DNA of 64,000 nt from a virus (Duplodnaviria > Caudoviricetes): IMG/VR virus record IMGVR_UViG_3300005841_000939; one strand, 5' to 3'. This document shows, piece after piece, positions 56,979 to 64,000 of the stretch. The position numbers and the translations under genes were made by a program. The notes beneath the pieces were generated by a model. It had not been told where the DNA came from. It ran no database searches and saw only the letters and a program-made list of their open reading frames with translations. Each line of letters starts with the position of its first letter. The first letter of the stretch is position 1.

Positions 56979-57031
56979 CAACTTAAACTTATCTATTCAC
57001 TGACTTTAAAATAACTAGAGACAACACCTAA

Positions 57032-58498
57032 ATGACAAGCACATCAAAATTAGAAGGTTATATCATTAAGAATTTAATGGTTAACAACAGTTTTACATTG
57101 AATTATCTGCAAAAACTTCATCCAGATTTTTTTAGTGATAAGTATAAAGAAATTATTAAAGGTATTCATGCCTTTTATAAGAAAAATCAAAGATCACCAA
57201 ACAAAGAAATTCTTTGTGATATAATCCTTCCAAAAGTTATTTCTTCTGACGATAAGAAATTAGCAGCTACGATTGATCTTGTTGAAAGTATTGGTTTAGT
57301 AACTATTGAAACCACTGATCTAAAAATAATTGAAGAAGAAACCCAATTATTCATCAAGAGAAATGTTTATATTAAGGCAATTACTGACGGTGTTGACCTA
57401 ATTAAATCAAATAAATTTGATGAAATCGTTTCTTTATTTGATAGTGCTCTTGAAAAGCTTTCTTTTAATGATGATTTTGGTTTGGATTATTTCTCTGATT
57501 TAGAAGGTAGATTAGAACGTGCTGCAACATTGAACGAAGCAACATCAACAACATATCCAAGTCTAGATAGATTGATGGGTGGTGGTTATCGCAGCAAAGC
57601 GTTGTTCATTTATGCTGGCCCTGCAAATACTGGTAAAACATTGGTATTGAATGACAGTGCAGCAAACTTGGTAATGCAGGGTAAGAATGTTGTTTATTTT
57701 ACCCTAGAATTAGCACAAGATTACATTGCACAAAGAACTGACGCAAAATATTCACAAGTAAGCATGAATGAAATTAATGCTTCGCCCGAAATGGCTTTGA
57801 AGAAAGCTATTTTGAAACGTGATGAAAATAAAACAAAGAACAAGAAGGTTGGAAAGTTAATTTATAAGTATTACGGTCCAAACACTGTTAGTTCAAATGA
57901 TATGTATGCTTTGATAAAAAATATGGAAATGAAAATGGGGATAAAGTTTGACTTTGTTTTCGTTGACTATCTCAAATTATTAAAACCAAATGGAAAATTG
58001 TATTCCGATAACATGTATGGAAAGTTGGAAGCTGTATGCCAAGAATTGAGAGGTATGGCTGCTGAATTGGATGTATGCGTAGTAACAGCATCACAAACAA
58101 CTAGAGATTCTTATAATTCAAATCAAATAGGTATGGCACAAATGTCAGACTCTTTGGGTATTGCTCAAACTGCTGACGTGATCATTACTTTAATTAGAAA
58201 TGATCAAATGAATGAACAAAATTTGATGATGTTGCAATTGGCTAAGAGTCGTTTTAGTAGAAATGAAGGTAGCGTAACTATGAAGGTAGATTATGATTAC
58301 ATGAGATTAATTGATGTTGATGAAAAAGATGGTCAAACAAATCTTAGAAAGAACATAACTATTGCTGGACCAAAAAATGTTAAGCAAGAAAAGAAAGAAG
58401 TACGGGTCAGAGTTGCAGAAGGTGATGAAGATTACGAAAATTCACCAATCCCAAAGACGACTCCAAAGGCAACAACACAAGTTGAAGAAGTTTTCTAA
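57032..58498 (+). CDS. gp41: Replicative DnaB-like helicase
   Basis: FGLDYF, LMGGG, GPANTGKT, YFTLEL, FVDYL, ELRGMA, TASQTTR, SDSLG, KSRF. Confidence 0.96.
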   Translation: MTSTSKLEGYIIKNLMVNNSFTLNYLQKLHPDFFSDKYKEIIKGIHAFYKKNQRSPNKEILCDIILPKVISSDDKKLAATIDLVESIGLVTIETTDLKIIEEETQLFIKRNVYIKAITDGVDLIKSNKFDEIVSLFDSALEKLSFNDDFGLDYFSDLEGRLERAATLNEATSTTYPSLDRLMGGGYRSKALFIYAGPANTGKTLVLNDSAANLVMQGKNVVYFTLELAQDYIAQRTDAKYSQVSMNEINASPEMALKKAILKRDENKTKNKKVGKLIYKYYGPNTVSSNDMYALIKNMEMKMGIKFDFVFVDYLKLLKPNGKLYSDNMYGKLEAVCQELRGMAAELDVCVVTASQTTRDSYNSNQIGMAQMSDSLGIAQTADVIITLIRNDQMNEQNLMMLQLAKSRFSRNEGSVTMKVDYDYMRLIDVDEKDGQTNLRKNITIAGPKNVKQEKKEVRVRVAEGDEDYENSPIPKTTPKATTQVEEVF

Positions 58499-58506
58499 AG
58501 TAGGTG

Positions 58507-58534
58507 TTGTATTGTAAATCCCTGATGCTATAAT
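58507..58534 (+). promoter_or_regulatory. Candidate sigma70-type promoter (TTGTAT-N16-TATAAT, extended -10 TG)
   Basis: Perfect -10 box with TGn, in the intergenic region after gp41. Confidence 0.6.
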
Positions 58535-58585
58535 TGTTGCAATCGCTCAACACTTTAGAATGTAAAATTCTAAAACAGAGAGCGG

Positions 58586-58924
58586 ATGCAAATAATGAGT
58601 AATAATCAAAAACGTATAGAAAAAGAATTAACATACGAGGAGATAGGAAAGAAAATAGGCATAAGCCCACAGCAAGTGCATAAAATTGAAAAGGACGCTT
58701 TAAACAAAATCATCAGAATGATGAGAAATTGTAGTCCTAACAATACTATTTTTGAAATATTATTTGCCGTTAGCGATCATCTTGGTATAAGCTTAGAACA
58801 GCTTTATAACAAGTTAGATAAAGAGAATTTGGATGTTCTTGGCCTTTTTGTGCAAGAGCAATATGGTAAGACGATAGAAGGTTGGTCACCTGATGAAAAT
58901 CCTTTAGAAAAGTTTTTTGCATAA
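58586..58924 (+). CDS. Stand-alone sigma70 region-4 HTH protein in the gp33 position
   Basis: LTYEEIGKKIGISPQQVHKIEKDALNKI matches region 4.2 (T..EIG..LGVSRERVRQIE..AL.KL). Confidence 0.8.
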   Translation: MQIMSNNQKRIEKELTYEEIGKKIGISPQQVHKIEKDALNKIIRMMRNCSPNNTIFEILFAVSDHLGISLEQLYNKLDKENLDVLGLFVQEQYGKTIEGWSPDENPLEKFFA

Positions 58925-59538
58925 TGAATGGATGGCAATTACAATCTTTGTGTAGATCAATGAATGGATGGGCTAAGGTTCCATTAGATAGTTATCTAGT
59001 TTCTTCTGATAAGCCATTTTTTGAAATGTTAAATGAATATTTGTTTAGAACACGTCATTTATCAGACGAAGAAATTCGTGATTTTGTAAGAGCCAACTAT
59101 AATTTTTCAATTACTTCATATGAACCTCATGATTTAATGGAAGATAATGCTTGGGAAATATATATTCAATGGAAAACGGATTATTCCTCTCTAAGTCTTT
59201 ACTATGACACGATTAAAAAAAGTTTTAATTTCATTGAAAACTTCGTTATAAATAGTAGTATAGATATTGAACAATATAAAGAGTCTTTCGCTAAGAAACA
59301 TATTAGGGATAGAACTATAGATTGGTCAGTAGCTGTTCATTTAAAACTAGTAAATATAAAGTCATTAAACAAGGCTGACAAAATCTTGTTGAAAGACTAT
59401 CTAAAAAGTAATAAAATAATAACACAACGTTTGTTAACAAGTTCCGAACTCAAAAATCTTATGGTTAATGAAGAAGAACAAATGAAAAAGACGATTGAAA
59501 CATTCAGGCAAAAGTTTCAGCAGTCTATAAACAAGTAA
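58924..59538 (+). CDS. gp59: Helicase loader, gp59-like
   Basis: Immediately upstream of gp32. DKPFFEML and DLMEDNAWEIY resemble T4 gp59 DKYFFQKL and DISDADALVFY; similar length. Confidence 0.55.
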   Translation: MNGWQLQSLCRSMNGWAKVPLDSYLVSSDKPFFEMLNEYLFRTRHLSDEEIRDFVRANYNFSITSYEPHDLMEDNAWEIYIQWKTDYSSLSLYYDTIKKSFNFIENFVINSSIDIEQYKESFAKKHIRDRTIDWSVAVHLKLVNIKSLNKADKILLKDYLKSNKIITQRLLTSSELKNLMVNEEEQMKKTIETFRQKFQQSINK

Positions 59539-59564
59539 ATTGCCGGTAAAGAAAGAAGTATGTC

Positions 59565-60581
59565 ATGGGAAAATTAGCATCAATAATGAGTCAATTCAGT
59601 AAAGTGAAGGAAACTCTACAAGAAGAAAAAGATAAGGGAAAGAACAAATCATACGATAATCCGTATTTGTTTAAGCCAACTTTTGAACCGGGTGAAGAAA
59701 GAACTAAATTTACTGTTCGTTTCCTCCCAATTCAAGAAAGTGCAACTGGCAAGCCTTGGGTTGAATTGCGTTATCATATGTTCCAACGCGAAGGTGATAA
59801 TCGTTTCGTAAAGGTTATTGATCCAAGATCATTTGATCCAAAAGCAACAAATCCAATTGCTGAACGTGCAAATCAATTGTGGAAGAGTGATAATGTAGTT
59901 GATAAGGAATTGGCAAAGAAATTCTTCGCAAAAACACGTTGGTTCACCTTGGTTTATATCAAGAAGGCTCCAGAATCACAAAAGAAGTTTGAAGGTAAAG
60001 TTTTGTTGTTTGAAATTGGTAAGCAAATCTTTGATAAGTTGGATGCAGCCATTAATGATTATGATATGGCATTTTGGGATCCAAATGAGGGTACAGATAT
60101 GTTGTTGGTATTGAAACAAAAAAATACCAAAGATAAGTGGCCAGATTATACTGATTCAGCGTTCGTTCAAAAAACATCGCCAATTAGCACAGATGAATCT
60201 GTAATTGCGTCAATTGAAAAGGCATTGGATGAAATCACAATCAAGACTCAAGTTGTTGATCGTGATGGAATCAAATCAAGTTCAGAGTTGAAGGAATTGA
60301 TGTATGGCGGATTGCAAGAAGGTTCATCAGAATCAACAGAAGCAATTGATACAACAACCGTTTCGGATGTAGTTGGTAATACAGTTGTAGAAGTTACCAA
60401 TACAGATATTGAAGTTGAAACTGTAGTTGCAAAGCCAACTGCTAAACCAGCAGCAAAGCCAAAAGTTGAAGTTAAGGCAGAAGTCAAAGCTGAAACCAAG
60501 GTCACAAAGACCGAAGTAAAAACTGAAACACCAGACGATTCAACATTTGATGTTTCATTCTCAGATGATGATTTCAAGTAA
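59565..60581 (+). CDS. gp32: Single-stranded DNA-binding protein
   Basis: VRFLP, PWVELRYHMF, FEIGKQIFDKL, FWDPNEG.D..L, WPDYTDSAF, acidic C-terminus SFSDDDFK. Confidence 0.93.
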   Translation: MGKLASIMSQFSKVKETLQEEKDKGKNKSYDNPYLFKPTFEPGEERTKFTVRFLPIQESATGKPWVELRYHMFQREGDNRFVKVIDPRSFDPKATNPIAERANQLWKSDNVVDKELAKKFFAKTRWFTLVYIKKAPESQKKFEGKVLLFEIGKQIFDKLDAAINDYDMAFWDPNEGTDMLLVLKQKNTKDKWPDYTDSAFVQKTSPISTDESVIASIEKALDEITIKTQVVDRDGIKSSSELKELMYGGLQEGSSESTEAIDTTTVSDVVGNTVVEVTNTDIEVETVVAKPTAKPAAKPKVEVKAEVKAETKVTKTEVKTETPDDSTFDVSFSDDDFK

Positions 60582-60600
60582 TTAGCACACATTGCTAATC

Positions 60601-60642
60601 AAAGGGGGCTGGGTATAATATTACTCAGTCCTTTTTTGTTTT
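60601..60642 (+). terminator. Intrinsic terminator after gp32
   Basis: AAAGGGGGCTGGGTA-loop-TACTCAGTCCTTT followed by TTTGTTTT. Confidence 0.75.
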
Positions 60643-60656
60643 AACGAGGTTGAGAG

Positions 60657-61694
60657 ATGGAACGTATTTTAATTGTTACAGGATGTGCAGGATTTATTGG
60701 ATTTAATTGGTTAAAATATTATCTCAAAAATAATAAGACTATTTGGGGCAGTATTGTTTCTATTGATAGTTTTACATATGCAGCACAATATAATATTGAA
60801 GAATATTTAGATTTATGTAAAACTCATGGAATTATTCATATTGAAAAAGATATTAATCTTTTATCAAATAAAGAATATGTTGAATTTTCTCCTAAGAGTT
60901 GGGATGCAAAATATACTGTTTTGAATTTCGCATCACAAAGTCACGTTGATAGAAGCATTGCAAGTCCATCGCAACTTTATTTTGATAATATTGGAATCCC
61001 AGCATCGTTAATTGATTGGTTAGGTGGAACTCAAAAGATTGAAGTTTTTAATCACATTAGTACAGATGAAGTTTATGGCGATATTAAAATTTCTGAGAAG
61101 GATGACAAATCAAAATGGTTCACCACAAAGAGTCCATTCAATCCAAGTAATCCTTACAGCGCAAGTAAAGTAGCTCAAGAAGCCTATTTGATGTCACTAT
61201 CAAGAACGTTTGGGTTGAATCTTCAAATTTATCGGATGGGAAATCAATTTGGAAAACATCAACATCCGGAAAAAATGTTGCCAATCTCAGTCCTTCGTTC
61301 CATGGCAAGTCGTCCAATAAAAATTTATGGTGAAGGCAAGAATTGCAGATTATGGACTTATGTTGAAACCACTGCAAAGATTATTAGTGATCGTTTGGAA
61401 AATCCTGTAGATAAAAATCCAAAACATCCTCAAGATATTTTACATATTGCCGATAAACGTTTCCTAGTTGATAATAATTATATAGTTGAATTGATACGAT
61501 TGACACTAAAACAAAAATATGATATAACAACATCCGTTGAATATGTTCCTGATCGCAAAGGTCATGATGAAGTGTACGCATTGATTACTGAACCAGCAAT
61601 TGATCAATATTTTACAAATTCATTGCAAGGAACAATTGAGGAAATAGTAGAATTTTACGTACAAGGATACAAAAATGCAACCTATGACAATTGA
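60657..61694 (+). CDS. rmlB: dTDP-glucose 4,6-dehydratase
   Basis: VTGCAGFIG, ASQSHVDRSI, HISTDEVYG, NPYSASK, NQFG..QHPEK, VPDRKGHD..Y. Confidence 0.93.
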   Translation: MERILIVTGCAGFIGFNWLKYYLKNNKTIWGSIVSIDSFTYAAQYNIEEYLDLCKTHGIIHIEKDINLLSNKEYVEFSPKSWDAKYTVLNFASQSHVDRSIASPSQLYFDNIGIPASLIDWLGGTQKIEVFNHISTDEVYGDIKISEKDDKSKWFTTKSPFNPSNPYSASKVAQEAYLMSLSRTFGLNLQIYRMGNQFGKHQHPEKMLPISVLRSMASRPIKIYGEGKNCRLWTYVETTAKIISDRLENPVDKNPKHPQDILHIADKRFLVDNNYIVELIRLTLKQKYDITTSVEYVPDRKGHDEVYALITEPAIDQYFTNSLQGTIEEIVEFYVQGYKNATYDN

Positions 61695-61974
61695 TTCTGA
61701 TAGAGAAGAATTACATGGATATTTTAAACAAGAAATTTTGCCATTAATTAAACAAAAAGAACACACGCAAGAGTTTAAAAAATCAATTGATACTCTAATA
61801 TCAAATAAATTTGGAATAAAATACAAAATTATCGTTAGATTCTATGATGATACGGTTCGTGTTTCTGCCCATAAGAAATCAAATGGTATCATATACTTTA
61901 TGGCAGCAACATCCGAGAACAAAGCTGATTATGATTTCAGCAATGAGGGTTGGGCTACTACTTTTTTTAAGTGA
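61675..61974 (+). CDS. Hypothetical protein
   Basis: 99-aa ORF between rmlB and the rmlC-rmlD fusion. Confidence 0.55.
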   Translation: MQPMTIDSDREELHGYFKQEILPLIKQKEHTQEFKKSIDTLISNKFGIKYKIIVRFYDDTVRVSAHKKSNGIIYFMAATSENKADYDFSNEGWATTFFK

Positions 61975-61981
61975 GATATAA

Positions 61982-63448
61982 ATGACAAATACGGTTGGAC
62001 ATAAAGAGCTTGAAAATTGGTGGGATGGCCGCGTCATAATTGATGAATTAAAAGAATTTGTTGATGCCCGGGGTTCGCTCACTGAATTATGGCGAAATGA
62101 TGATGATAAAGCAAAGGTAACTGAAAAAGATGAAACAAATTCATCTTTTTATGAACCGTGTATGTCATATTGGAGTGAAACAAAACCATTCGTACAGAGA
62201 GGTCCACATGAACATGTAGGACAAACTGATGTGTTTGTGACATGGAAAGCACGAATGATTTACAATCTTTATAATCCTGTTACAAAAGAAATGAAATATT
62301 TTGTAACTGACCCAACAAAAATTTATCGTGTAAAAGTTGGTATTGGCATTATTCATTCATATAGAAATATTGGTTTTTCAGATTCATTAACTGGCAATTT
62401 TCCAACATCATTATTCATGGGTTTGGATAAAAAGGGATGGAAAGATGGGCAAAAAGTTGATGAAATTCGTCATGAAGAAGAAGTAAAACCAGAGATAACA
62501 TATTGGTTGCTTGGTGCTGGTGGTCGTTTGGGTAATTCTTTCTTAAAATCTCTTCATAAGAAGATGGGTTATCACACATTCAACGTTATTCCTTTATTTG
62601 ATAAATTTGCAAACAATAAAGAAGGTTATGATAAGTTGAATGTTTTGTTGGAAGAAATTAAGAAGACAAAAAATAGTGTAATTATCAATTGTGTTGCTTA
62701 TACAAATACGGCTGATACAGGATCAGCATTACATAATGCATGTAATACATCACTACCAACATATTTGACATCATTTGCTGCATTAGAAAACGTACCATTA
62801 ATCCATTTCAGCACTGATTATGTTTATCAAACGGGCGCATTAAATGCTTATACTCAAAGCAAAATGCGTTATGAATCATGGCTTAAAGATTCAATATCAT
62901 CATCACATATCGCAGAATTTAAAGCAGCAAAAGAAGCCGAAATTCAAGATATGGAAAATAGTTCAATGGATGAAATAACAATAGAAGCATATCGGACAAA
63001 ATTTGAAGAGGTTGTTTCTACCTTAGAAAAAAATAAAGCTGATATTGAAAAAAATGTGCGTATTTTAAGAGTGGCGAATTTGTTTTCTGTTGATACTAAA
63101 GAAGATATGTTTGATAAAATTTATGCAAAAATTAAAGATGGGTCAATACGTGTACCATTTAAGAAGTGGTCAACCCTTCCAACATCAACGGATGACCTAG
63201 CTGATTGGGTCGTAAGTGATGTTTTGAATAGTTTTGACAAATTCAATGTATTTACTAATGTAAGTGGTAAGCAATATACAATGGAACAAGTTGTTAAGGA
63301 TCTATTCAAGAGTAATATTCCTATCATAGAAACTAATAATGCATTGGTAGACCTTAATCATACTGCTTTTATTTCAGACAATGCTGTTATAATCAATTGC
63401 GAAAAATCCATCCAACAAAAAATTAGTAAAATAACAGCACATGAGTAA
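61982..63448 (+). CDS. Fused dTDP-4-dehydrorhamnose 3,5-epimerase / reductase (RmlC-RmlD-like)
   Basis: N-terminal cupin DARGSLTELWR...QRGPHEH...IIHSY. C-terminal SDR GAGGRLG, INCVAYT, HFSTDYVY, YTQSK. Confidence 0.85.
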   Translation: MTNTVGHKELENWWDGRVIIDELKEFVDARGSLTELWRNDDDKAKVTEKDETNSSFYEPCMSYWSETKPFVQRGPHEHVGQTDVFVTWKARMIYNLYNPVTKEMKYFVTDPTKIYRVKVGIGIIHSYRNIGFSDSLTGNFPTSLFMGLDKKGWKDGQKVDEIRHEEEVKPEITYWLLGAGGRLGNSFLKSLHKKMGYHTFNVIPLFDKFANNKEGYDKLNVLLEEIKKTKNSVIINCVAYTNTADTGSALHNACNTSLPTYLTSFAALENVPLIHFSTDYVYQTGALNAYTQSKMRYESWLKDSISSSHIAEFKAAKEAEIQDMENSSMDEITIEAYRTKFEEVVSTLEKNKADIEKNVRILRVANLFSVDTKEDMFDKIYAKIKDGSIRVPFKKWSTLPTSTDDLADWVVSDVLNSFDKFNVFTNVSGKQYTMEQVVKDLFKSNIPIIETNNALVDLNHTAFISDNAVIINCEKSIQQKISKITAHE

Positions 63449-64000
63449 AGATCAAAATATTAAGATTCTCAATGACCGGGAGCACTGTTTATTGCGTCCT
63501 GGTATGTACATAGGTTCAACAAAACCTGAAAAGCAATTCTTTTGGATTCCAACCGATGCTGGTAAGTTGAAGCGTGAAGAGATTTCTTATATTCAAGGTG
63601 AGTACAAACTATTTTGTGAAGTATTAGATAACGCTTTGGATGAACATATTCGTGGTTTTGGTAATCAAATTGATATTACCTATAGTCAAAAAACTGGTTA
63701 CATTACTATTCGTGATTACGGCCGTGGAATTCCCATTGACATGCATAAGGAAGCCAAAGTACCTATACCTCAAGTTGTTTTTACACAGTTGAAAAGTGGT
63801 TCAAATTTTGATGATTCCGATCGTGTGACTGTTGGCATGAATGGTGTTGGTGCTTCACTAGCAACAATTTTCAGTGAAAAACTCATGGTTCAGATTTGGC
63901 GAGACGGAAAAGCATATTCGCAATCTTTCTCAAAAAATATGGAAAAAATCAGTGAGCCATTGGTTGAAAAAGATAAAACAACAAAAACAGGTACATTAGT
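63441..64000 (+). CDS. gp39: Type II DNA topoisomerase ATPase subunit (partial, runs off the window)
   Basis: Translated by hand: DREHCLLRPGMYIGS, EVLDNALDE, IRDYGRGIP, SGSNFDD, GMNGVGASL (GHKL motifs). Confidence 0.93.
   Translation, partial: MSKDQNIKILNDREHCLLRPGMYIGSTKPEKQFFWIPTDAGKLKREEISYIQGEYKLFCEVLDNALDEHIRGFGNQIDITYSQKTGYITIRDYGRGIPIDMHKEAKVPIPQVVFTQLKSGSNFDDSDRVTVGMNGVGASLATIFSEKLMVQIWRDGKAYSQSFSKNMEKISEPLVEKDKTTKTGTL

Noticed and set aside
1-64000. Stop-codon reassignment, introns or inteins, tRNA genes
   Set aside because: Core genes (gp17, gp18, gp20, gp23, gp43, nrdA, nrdB) are full length and uninterrupted in the standard code. I recognised no tRNA cloverleaf by eye, though tRNAscan-SE was not run.

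Overview
This 64 kb window is part of a large, AT-rich, T4-like (gp-numbered, myovirus-type) dsDNA phage genome read in the standard genetic code. Left arm (1-25.9 kb, almost all minus strand): virion module with two paralogous tape-measure-like genes, gp51/gp26 hub proteins, tail tube gp19, sheath gp18, terminase gp17/gp16, gp15/14/13, capsid gp23, scaffold gp22, protease gp21 and portal gp20. Many of these genes are preceded by the T4 late promoter TATAAATA. Right arm (26-64 kb, mostly plus strand): gp4, RNase H, RuvC-like resolvase, UvsY/UvsW, NrdAB, GroES, gp46/47, late sigma gp55, DNA polymerase gp43, UvsX, helicase gp41, gp59-like, gp32 and the start of topoisomerase II. The most notable accessory locus is a tightly coupled cluster at 44.5-52.7 kb. 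It has three GT-B glycosyltransferases, FolE, a complete TGT/DpdA-fold base-exchange enzyme, a Zn-dependent dehydrogenase, a divergent QueD-like protein, a HAD phosphatase and a restriction-endonuclease-like gene, but no QueE/QueC in the window. A dTDP-sugar pathway (RmlB, fused RmlC-RmlD) and a double GT2 lie elsewhere in the window. Together these suggest an undescribed, possibly glycosylated, guanine-replacement system. Other oddities are a degenerate ATPase-only terminase paralogue wedged between gp16 and gp17, a stand-alone sigma70 region-4 protein in the gp33 slot, two ADP-ribosyltransferase-like genes, candidate capsid-targeted internal proteins, and a 566-nt palindrome-rich non-coding region. 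All calls come from manual motif recognition; no database searches or folding programs were run.
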